Shown piece by piece: positions 42,701 to 53,175 of a stretch of 64,000 nt of DNA. Position 1 is the first letter of the stretch. The number at the start of each line of letters is the position of its first letter. Source of the stretch: Antedon mediterranea (taxonomy: Eukaryota > Animalia > Echinodermata); the NCBI RefSeq assembly GCF_964355755.1, contig NC_092671.1:26300070-26364069 (forward strand). Direction: 5' to 3'. A model generated the notes under the pieces. It ran no database searches. It saw nothing but the letters and a program-made list of their open reading frames with translations, and was not told where the DNA came from. The translations under genes and the position numbers were made by a program.

Positions 42701-43611
42701 TGCTGGTATAATTCTAAGCAGTAATTTGTAATTTAAATGAAGAAATAATCTTATCATTACATGATTAACTTCACCGTGCTTTCTTTTGTGTTTAATATTC
42801 TATTGAACTATGTATGTAATTTGATCAAGTGGAACAAATTCCAATACCCTTTTCAATATAATATTTGTTCAAGCTTCACCCAATAACGCAAACACAGAAA
42901 AGAAACGTTATCCCACAATCTGAATCTTTGGTGCGCAATATGCAGAATTGGCCCTACAATTGAATTATTCTCAGGCGAATCAAGCGGTGGGGTGTGGTGG
43001 GGTGAGTTTCAGCTGGATTCGCAACTGTTAAACCATAGAGAAATATGCCACAGATTAGTGCGCACGCATGAGTGTCTCAACTGCCAACATTGACATGGAT
43101 CGCCAAACATAAGCCTCGAAATATTATCGGTTGCGTTGCTATGCCATAAATAAATGATAATATGCCCTCGCGACAGGCATTTTGATTCGGTATTGGCAAG
43201 GATGTGATTAATAATTGCAGTAGTATATCATAAGTCGAGATAGTTTGCAATCTAAATCAAATGCTTTTACAGCCACTTGACCAGGCCTCTAATTCTTAAT
43301 ACTATAGGCCTATAGTTAATGGATACCGGTACACCAGCCATGCAACACCATATATAGTGTGTTACAGGCCTAGGCCTCCCTATAATATGCCTAACATAGA
43401 AATATGAATGAATGGATGCGATAGAATTAGTACAATACCTACCTTGCGGTTCCAGGTTTACATGTAACTGGGTCACACCAAAGCTAGGCATACCCTGCAC
43501 GTATCTGGCCGTGTCCCACCAGGAATCTAAAAATGTAGCATAGCCAGTCGGTGCCTCGGCTTTTGTAAAGAAATTGAACAATATTCTCCATTTATTTGCA
43601 ACCCCTGCCAT
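39795..43611 (-). CDS. ABM/dimeric alpha-beta-barrel-like two-domain protein, paralogue B (242 aa); exons 43611-43443, 41957-41829, 41473-41379, 40130-39795
   Basis: Same exon sizes (169/129/95/336) and splice phases as A; open frame; many synonymous differences from A; TATA-like GTATAAA about 80 bp upstream of the ATG. Confidence 0.9.
40237..40443. mobile_element. PIF/Harbinger-like MITE, family copy 2, in intron 3 of paralogue B
   Basis: TIRs AGGCCAATTTACAAAGACGAGCGG / CCGCTCGTCTGTGTAATTTGGCCT; TTA target-site duplication on both sides. Confidence 0.9.
40600..41245. repeat. Intronic tandem repeats (~116-bp x3 and ~58-bp x4)
   Basis: Units CACAGCCTACTTTGTCGTCACC..AATAGTCATCAC and TACTGTCTATACTGTGTCACTGTAATCACAATGTACACTCCCTATGTCG. 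Confidence 0.9.
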
Positions 43612-45344
43612 ATTCCTGTCTATAGCTTGTAATTGCTATACCGTGTACGTTGTTCTTGAGCTACCAACAACAGAGATTGCTTTCACGGCGTTTATACACC
43701 GGGTCAATTATTATTATTATTAGGTCATGCAGCAGTCTTTGTCCATAATAGATTACATATCAATCAATCGTCGCATATCTTTTTACCGCGCCTTTATTCA
43801 ACGTGCTCAAGTGTTTGCATAGGCTAATAAAAAAACAACGTGAATTTGCACTACTTAAAAACCTTTGATATTGCCTGGCAAATTTACTTTACTATTATTT
43901 GTGTGAGCTAAGAAAATCGCACTTGAAGCAGCGGCTAAATTAAAGAATGACCTCAGATTGGACAATTTCATAAATACGCATCCAACAGTACTACCTATTA
44001 CAACAGGATAGATACAAATAATCTATCTTGATTTAAAAGGTTTCGTTTGAAGCTTACACTATAATGATGAACTTTATGAACTTTAAAGATAATTAAGACA
44101 GATACAGTAGATGGATGTGGAAATCCACTTGCTCATAACAATAAATTATAGATATCAGAACACCCTGGTACACCGCTGATGATAGTGAGTGCCTCGAAGT
44201 CATTCATAGCCCTTACTTCAAGCCCTTTCCTCCAAGATCTTCTCAAATTTTTCCTTCAAAAGCACTCTTCTCCAGGTTTTCCTCTTCCTATCCCTCACCC
44301 TTCTATTTCTAATCCATCCGCCACCGCACTCTGTCAATAAAATTACATGGAAGGTTTCATGCGATTACGATAATGCATAATTTATTTTTCAAGTAGCTTT
44401 GAATAAAAATGTTCGCGCATTTGACATTATTGGGAGAGCTTTTAAATTAATCTTATTGATGTTATCTTCGCACAAATCTGAAAAATGACTAAAATATCTG
44501 CCAAATTCAATTAATGTAACTGTTCTTAACGGTGCACTTTTTATGCAAATGTCGTACATACTGTCTGGGCAAAATGTAAGAGTGTAATCACCTTTGGCAT
44601 GCACGTGTTCTGTTCTATTTGTCATTTAGCTGTTATACACAATGTGTTGACTTATTTAACAGAAATAAACACAAAAACAAAACCAATTGTGGTTATGAGG
44701 TACAACTATATTAATTTTTGAACTGCTGTAAATATTCTTCCAATTTAAATCACAAGCACGTTAATTACTGGATAACTAACATATAAAGTTAGCCTAGTTT
44801 TTTACCAGAACCTGGATCTAGACAAAAAGGCCTTTATTACAATCATTAAAACATCGTCTGATTTGATCATAAACTTTTACTCGGTATAAAATTGTTCAAG
44901 CTTGTGTTTTCTAAAAGTGTTATGACATCATAGCAACTTTAGTCACCATACCTTATTTGGTATAAGTAAAACTTGGGGATACCTACTGTAGGTCTATTAA
45001 TAGCCTAGTATATGAAAATGATTGCAATACAGTAGTAGTCGCCAGTTAAAGCGCAGATTCTGTGAATGTGGGTACACTGTCAGATACTATAAGCACATTA
45101 TACAAATACACCTGGGTTTGTGTTAATAATTACAAACAATAAAAACTTCGTCTGTGCATCGTCAAATGCTATACTGTATCTTTCAATCGAACGTGACAGT
45201 TTCAACAAAGTATTTTAAAAAGCGCAAATGTTTTACTGTGTTTAGTGGTACAATATCCAAAACAGACAAATACATTTTTTTACTGATTGTATAAATAATA
45301 TATTTAAAAAAAGGTTTCTCTTTGCACCAGCCGTCGGACAATCA

Positions 45345-46021
45345 TCATCATCTATCACCATCATACTTTACCATCATCCATTTCATCATCATCGTCACTA
45401 TCCCCACCACCACCATCATCACCATCATTATCATTACTATCCCTATCACCATCATCATCACTATCCCCACCACCATCATCATCACCATCATCATCACTAT
45501 CCTCATCACCATCATCATTACCATCATCATCACCATCATCATCATCACTATTCTCACCACCATCATCATCACTATCCCCACCACCACCACCATAATCATC
45601 ACTATTCTCACCATCATCATCATCACTATCCTCACCACCATCATCATCACCATCATCATCATCACCATCATTATCATTACTATCCCTATCACCATCATCA
45701 TCACTATCCCCACCACCATCATCATCACCATCATCATCACTATCCTCATCACCATCATCATTACCATCATCATCACCATCATCATCATCACTATTCTCAC
45801 CACCATCATCATCACTATCCCCACCACCACCACCATAATCATCACTATTCTCACCATCATCATCATCACTATCCTCACCACCATCATCATCACCATCATC
45901 ATCATCACTATCCTCATCACCATCATCATTACCATCATAAACACCATCACCATCATCACTATTCTCACCACCATCATCATCACTATCCCCACCACCACCA
46001 CCATCATCATCACCATCATCA
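45345..46021. repeat. ATC/ACC-rich cryptic repeat with 243-bp higher-order period
   Basis: ACCATCATTATCATTACTATCCCTATCACC recurs at 45421 and 45664. Confidence 0.9.
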
Positions 46022-46238
46022 ACAAGTGGTTTTGCAGAGGACATGATGATATCACGAAATAGCAAATCTAACCTATATTGAAATTGTCTTGCAGCTGTAG
46101 CAGGATTGCTTCGCAACTAGTGTGTTCTTTCTGAAAAAGTCAAGTTTTTCACATCACTATCACTCAAAATAGTACCATACTGTCTAGCAATTGTTTGAAT
46201 GACATCTGGCCACTGCATATCTGCTGCAGACACAGTAA

Positions 46239-48636
46239 TAATAATATTTATTTGGAACAACACTTTTTTAACAGTGGCACACATGCGTAGATGGTGCGTC
46301 CATACCAATTACAAAATTCAATACAAAAACAATGAAAAATAAAAACTGAAACGAAAATAAAACATATTTGAGATAATGACATAAAATTTGACTTGACGCT
46401 ATTACAAAACTTATTTACAAAAATAAACTACACTAAAATACAACTACTAATTTTGCAACAGCAATGGAAAAGACAACACTTAAGTAAAACAGTTCAAAGT
46501 TGTAATACAATTGCATTTCTTAATTTCCAAGCACGGCTTGTGTACATTTTACAATAACTGTCAAATACAGCATAAATGTCGTGAGAGTTATTTTTATGGA
46601 ATAACGTGCTTCCAAGGACATATTGAACCTTAATAGATAGGTCACTAGAAATAAAATTTACCCAAGTATCTACACAATTTATTGCAATAAGTTTATGTTG
46701 AAGTGTTTGTAATTCTTCCATTCTAATACAATGTAACTTATTACAAATAAACAGGAAATGTTTAACGTCTTCTTCACCTGACCCACAAACCTTACACTTG
46801 TCATTTAGATTATCAATGTTCCACTTATTTGTAATTTTTCCAAGTGGTAAAGTGTTTGAACGAAGTTTAAATTTTAAACTTGAGCCATAAAAATCTGTTT
46901 TATCCAGTAGGTAAGGTTCTAGGCTAGGTGACTCTTTTATCAAAGAGTAATCAAGCAAAGATGATTTTCTTAATACTTCTTGTTTCCAAAAGGTAGAATA
47001 CGATTGTTTAATTGTATTTTCAAATGGCTTGACCCAGTTTATATCAATATCAGTACCTGTACATATATCATAAGAATGGCATTGAAATCGAACTTAATAT
47101 AATCACAAGTTTTTTCAAATTCATTAATAAATTGGTACCTTGAATTAAAATTCTTATGTCTAATAATTGTGTTTAATATAAGTTTTGGCCAACGATACAT
47201 TTCCATACACATAACATTTCTTATATATTTTGCTTTAAAAATATCCTGAGTTACTTTAATTGGTTGCCAACCTAGATCGCCATAAAGTGCCTCTTTTGCA
47301 GTGCTTCTACTCGCTTTAAGAATTGTTCGCGCCATTTGTAATTGAAGAGACTCAATCCTTTGTATGTCTTTAGTATTTGTATTGACACATACAGCACAAG
47401 CATAGTTAATAGTCGGAAGGCCGATACTTCTCCAAAGGATATCTCCATATACAAAACGATCAAAATTGTTGAGTCTATCTATAATAGATTTAATGTACGC
47501 AATGATCCTATTGCCCTTTTTAATAACTTGATTGATGTGGAAATTGTCTTTTAGATTTCTAGAAATGTATACACCAAGATACTTATATGTTTCAACTTCA
47601 GATATAAAAGTATCCCCCAATTTCCAAAGTTTTTCGCTATTCAGATTCTGGCCTATTATCAAAACATTTGACTTTTCACTATTAAAATTAAATTTCCATT
47701 TTTTAGCAAATAAGGATACTAAATCTAACATTTTATTGAGTTCTTTTTCGCTATCTGCTAAAAGTACGATATCGTCGGCCCAAAAAAGGCTACCAAGGCA
47801 GATATCGTGTATGCGCACACCTAACGCGTGTTCTCGTAATAATTTAGTGAGTTCGTTCATTATTATGCAAAACAGGGTTGGGGAAAGGACACACCCTTGC
47901 TTAACACCTTCTTCTATATCAAAAGACTGTGTTTCAATGTCACCAAATCTTACTTTCCCCTTAACATTGTCGTACAAGCTACTTATAATATTCCATAATC
48001 TACCACGAATTCCAATATTCCATATTGCCATTAGCAATCCATCTCTCCATACGCTATCAAATGCTTTTTTTATGTCAAGGAATGCTAAGTAAGTCTTCTT
48101 GCCTTCCGCAAGTCGGCAACTAGCAATGTTTTTAAGAGTGAAAATGTGGTCTTCACATCTTCGGTGGGGTCTAAACCCTCCCTGAACTTCTGAAAGGGTA
48201 TTGTTTTCTTCTAAGAAGTCGGAAACTGTGTAATGTACAACTCTATTGAATATTTTAGAAACGCAAGATGTTAAAGATATTCCTCTAAAAGTTATTTAGG
48301 TCCCTTCTATCACCCTTTTTATATATTGGTACTACAATGCTACTATTCCATTCCGACGGTACTTTTTCAAGACTAACAATTTTTTTGAATAGTGATAACA
48401 TTAATCTATTTAAAATCGTCCCACCGTTTTTAAGTAATTCATTAGATATATTGTCAGAACCAGCAGATTTGTTGTTTTTTGATTGGTAGATAGCAGATTT
48501 AACTATATCTAATGTGAGTTTAATGTCAACTATTGATTTAGTGCTATCCTCAACATTTTGCCTACAGTCATTATTTATTTTAAGGTTATTAACGAAATTG
48601 ACTGTCTCTATATAATCTTTATCATACTCGGAATTA
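46239..48636 (-). mobile_element. 5'-truncated LINE (RT plus C-terminal Cys/His finger; RTE-X/CR1-group-like) with 7-bp TSD
   Basis: KSAGSDNI, GVKQGCVLSPTLF, LFWADD, YKYLGV, CKVC..EDVKHFLFIC; AATAAA and (TAT)n tail; ACAGTAA duplicated at 46232-46238 and 48637-48643. Confidence 0.92.
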
Positions 48637-49729
48637 ACAGTAAAAAACCATGTTGGGATTCTTAGCTGCCTTACCAAAGCTAATACACCATAGAACAGAG
48701 ATTGAAAGTAGCCAGGTGAACCCCGTATATTCTTCAAAATCTTGTACACTTTGTCTGCCTTAATCATTTCGTTCATCTTTTCAACATTTTTTATTTGGCA
48801 TGCTTTAAGAATTTGACCTTGGAATTGATTCCCGGAAGCTCGTCTGAATATGAAATGATTTATGTCCCCATAAACTTGTTTGCTTTCTACTGCGTACTGG
48901 GCACTCAGAAGATAATCTATTGATTTTGCAAATCTGCCGTCACAGTCAAGTAGCCGTTGATTGAAATATCTTCTTGTATGTATATATATTTCTCTTTCAG
49001 AAGTCAGAGCATTATTACCATATGGGTATTTGTCTGGATTTGCCAATTCCTCAAAATATTTATCTGTCAGAAGGTTCAGAGGTTTTTCTCCTTCGCCAGG
49101 AGCAATGCAAATGACTTTGTTGGTAATATCTGGATTTTCTTTCAGCATTCAGGTTTCATAAGGTAAACCAGAAACCTCTGAATTGTTTTCGAATGCTGCT
49201 CATCCTAATAATTTTCAATTTCTTCTTTATTCGTCAAGTTCTCATGATCAGAAATGTTTGTCACTGTAACTGTGGGTTCATTTCTGTGTTCATTTCCTTT
49301 ATTCTCTTCCAGCACAACATAGTGGTATTGTGCAATTAGTCCAAGGTGAAATTCATGAGTTGTTCTAACCCTTGAACATACTTTCTCTACATGGTCGCTA
49401 TTTGTCGTATGTACATGTACTTTCAATGAGAACTGATCTGCAATCGCTTGCAACACTATGTGATCTCCCCACTGGGAGCCATTCTCTACTCCATCTAAAT
49501 ATCTGAGCCATCTAATTTCACTCTGAGTATCTGCGTCACTTGTGCTATAACAAACTCAGGATATTTTGACATATAAATTGCAGTATGTTGAAGTAAAGAC
49601 TTAGGATCTGTTTTATGGATTCCTAGGCTTTCTAACTGATGACATACTGCTGAATATAAACAGTCGCGATCTCGTGGCACATCAACTACTCTCATGTGAA
49701 TTACATCTGCAACACGACCAATGTCATGA

Positions 49730-50441
49730 TTTTCCAGGATAGCCCAAAAAGCTTATCAGCTTATTTCCATTGGGATCCTTTTACAATCTAAAATAAAAAA
49801 TATAAACATTACAAAGTATAGCATTAAACACGTAAATATAACAAAAACAGTAATATAAAAAACAAGTTAAATTAAAGACTATGATTGAATTATAAAGTTA
49901 TTTGGTTGAACAGAAATGTGATTTAACATTTTTCTTAAAATTAAATTCGTTTTCTATTTGTTGAATGGAATGAGGTAGGTTATTCCATGCCTTTATGCCT
50001 GTATAATAAAACGTTTTAGATATTTGACTATCAGATTTAGGAACTGAAAAACCATTGACACTACTTCTAGTCATATAATGGTGGTTAGATGAAACTCTTT
50101 GAAACTTTTCAGTCAAATAGGGTACTGATTTTCCATAAAAAATCTTATGAACATGATTAAGTTTGAGTTGGCAAATTCTATCCTCTAGACATAATTGACC
50201 AATTTGGTTCAGTTCGTCTTTACCAATATGTGCACCATTATTTTTATTTAATATAAACCTAGCAACTTTATTTTGACTAGTTTGGAGTCTTTGTTTAAGT
50301 TTTTTAGAAACACCGGAAAACCAGGATCAACATGCATAGTCAAAGTGACAAGTAATCAGTGCCGAACATAGAATTTTACGAGAAAACAAATTTAGACATG
50401 CAGAATGTCTATACAAAAATTTAAGTCTTGAATTAGTCTTA
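49730..50441 (-). mobile_element. CR1/L2 (Crack-like) LINE 3' fragment inserted in Helentron 1
   Basis: LYRHS..LITCHFDYAC..LQTSQNKVARFI..TRSS..TFYYTGIKAWNNLP; 3' stem-loop GGATCCCAATGGAAATAAG..TTGGGCTATCC. Confidence 0.85.
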
Positions 50442-51689
50442 CTAAGAACTTTTTTTATTAATGTTCTTGTAATGTGGATTGTTTTCTTTCAGCCACCGAA
50501 GTGCCGATAGGACCTTCTGAGGGTTTACATAATCATACATGTAATATGACTTGTATTTTCTTCTCCGTTTAAACTTCCGTGGCAATAACTGACTCTGTGA
50601 AGGCAGTCGCGGAAACAACTTACAAACAGTGTTCACTTTTGCTGGGACATTTACAGCAGGACCATGGATTGCATGTTGCCTTCCACGTGGTAATCCTACC
50701 AGTTTTATGAAAGGAATTCTTTGAGAAATAAGTCGTAGTTCAAGTGGGTTTAAATGTTTCAACTCTGGGGACTGATCTGCAAGTTGTAAGTTGTTGGCTT
50801 TGGATTGGCATGGCATTTTCTCATTTTTCATGGATTTATGTGTGACAAATCCATTCTTTGTTATCCATTGATGTTCTTCTGTAACCACAAATAGCATTAA
50901 AAATCTGTGTTTTCAGCTTTTGATAATTCAGTGGTTTAAATTGTACTACTGAACACCGATATAATAATCTGTGACACGAACAACAAATATAATCAGCAGC
51001 ATCTTTCACATGTTTATGAAAATTAGCAATTACTTCTGCACTACTTGTAATGCTTAAGTGTCTTTTCTGACGCTGGTTTTTCACATTCTCACGCACCTTG
51101 TCACGTCGTGCACGCTTTTCAACATCAGTTTCCACACTTCGAGTTCTTTTTATATTTTGGTCTTCTTTGGCCAGTCTCTTTTTTTTTGTTCCGTTGTTTC
51201 CGTATTTCGGGATCTTGTAACATTTGTTTTTAGTTTGGCCAGTCTCTCTTTTTTTTTGTTCCGCTGTTTCCTTATTTCGGGATCTTGTAACATTCGTTTT
51301 TAGTTTGGCCAGTCTCTCTTTTTTTTGTTCCGTTGTTTCCTTATTTCGGGATCTTGTAACATTCGTTTTTAGTTTGGCTAGTCTCTCTTTTTTTTGTTCC
51401 GTTGTTTCCTTATTTCGGGATCTTGTAACATTCGTTTTTACTTTGGCCAGTCTCTCATTTTTTTCTTCCGTTGTTTCTTCACTTCGGGATCTTGTAACAT
51501 TCGTGTTTACTTTGGCCAGTCTCTCTCGTTTGTGCTCAGTGGTTTCCTTATCTCGAGTCTTGGCCATACATGACCTCGATTCTTTTCTTCGTTGATCTGC
51601 ACTTTTCTTTTTTGTTCGAGGCATTTTTTAAAGTATAAAACAAAAATATTTCTCAGTAGTGTGTATGATAATAGTCATTAAACAGGCGC

Positions 51690-52400
51690 ATATGGAACGC
51701 CTCCTCTGCCTTCAGTTCACAATGGTCATGCAGTACACACCAATTGTCATGCAGTACACACCAATTGTCATGCAGTACACACCAATGGTCATACAGTACA
51801 CACCAATCGTCGTTCACATTTATCATGCAGTACACACCAATGGTCATGCAGTACACACCAATCGTCATGCAGTACACACCAATGGTCATGTAGTACACAC
51901 CAATCGTCATGCAGTACACACCAATCGTCATGCAGTACACACCAAACATCATGCAGTACACACCAATCGTCATGCAGTACACTATGGAACGCCTCCTCTG
52001 CCTTCAGTTCACAATGGTCATGCAGTACACACCAATGGTCATGCAGTACACACCAATGGTCATGCAGTACACACCAATGGTCATGCAGTACACAACAATG
52101 GTCATGCAGTACACACCAATCGTCGTTCACATTTATCATGCAGTACACACCAGTGGTCATGCAGTACACACCAATCGTCATGCAGTACACACCAATGGTC
52201 ATGCAGTAGCACAAATCGTCATGCAGTACACACCAATCGTCATGCAGTACACACCAAACATCATGCAGTACACACCAATCGTCATGCAGTACACACCAAT
52301 CGTCATGCAGTACACACCAAACATCATGCAGTAGGCCTACACACCAATGGTCATGCAGTACACACCAATCGTCATGCAGTACACACCAATCGTCATGCAG
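51690..52400. repeat. 21-bp minisatellite with ~292-bp higher-order duplication
   Basis: CATGCAGTACACACCAAT(G/C)GT in tandem; block TATGGAACGCCTCCTCTGCCTTCAG at 51691 and 51983. Confidence 0.95.
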
Positions 52401-52841
52401 TGAAATATTGCGTAATTTATACCGCCACCTATCGACAAAATCGAATATCACGTGACGTTTATTAGACTACATTTTAATGATTCCCCCGTGTATTTACTAT
52501 GCCCTGTATTTACTATGCAATCACTTTGGTGCAGATAGATTATTACATACCGCAATGAATCATATATTGATGTTGTCTTTAATTAGGCCTATTTATAATA
52601 TTTGGTAAGATTTTGGTAATGCAAATACAATAGCCGGTATCATCACTGCACATCGAGCCACTTCCATAAAAACAACCCGATCAAAGATCCGTATACGTTA
52701 TAAACTTTTCTTTTTACATAATAATAAATACATAATTTTTATATGTTTCATTATAAATCAGGCGTATAATTTATACGCTACACAAGAAATAAAATTGAAC
52801 AAAATTGAATTGACATAAAAAAATCTTATTTCGTTTTGTTT

Positions 52842-52908
52842 CCAAGGTGAGACTCGAACACGGTACCACGAGTGGTATAGACGCGATCACAGACCATTGA
52901 GCCATACG
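52842..52908 (-). ncRNA. tRNA-like Pol III unit (pseudo-tRNA or SINE head)
   Basis: A-box TGGCTCAATGG, B-box GTTCGAGTC, T7 run about 20 nt downstream (52817-52823); acceptor stem imperfect. Confidence 0.55.
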
Positions 52909-53175
52909 CACCTGTTTGAAATTTTAAGGAAAAATCATCCATATATTTACTATGCAGTAACCACTTAGGTGAAATTTTATTACATACTGTTATGACCATA
53001 TGCAAATTTGGTTTCCGGGTGAAATTTTCTTCAGTTTAACAGTTATCGTTTTGTATAGTATATACTCTAACTGAACCTACATACAGATAGAAAATTATTC
53101 ACTTAATTGTCATATACATATACAGGTATGTTTTGTAATTTTATCCTGTAATATACAATAAACCACATTTTCATA

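Larger units (their letters stand above)
46022..51624 (-). mobile_element. Helentron/Helitron2 remnant 1 (STPR-like repeats, Cys-rich DUF6570-like region, OTU, Rep N-terminal part), interrupted by two LINEs
   Basis: YICCSCHR..WICHT; LNPLELRLISQRIPF..GPAVNVP; OTU DVPRDRDCL..WGDH..QYHY; IAPGEG..FEELANP..YFNQRLL..IRGSPGYF..PTWFFT|VSAADMQWP..NPATAARQF; frameshifts and stops present. Confidence 0.9.

Noticed and set aside
44160-44340. Faint RTE-like 3' remnant (RKRKTW), with similar hints at 31.6k and 42.6-42.9k
   Set aside because: Too decayed to delimit or classify without a search
48285-49148. 287-aa novel host protein
   Set aside because: Chimera of Helentron Rep and an inserted LINE (TSD identified)
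51653-52465. CRISPR-like array or His-rich repeat protein
   Set aside because: Head-to-tail 21-bp units without unique spacers, no cas genes, eukaryotic context; ORFs are open on both strands because of the repeat
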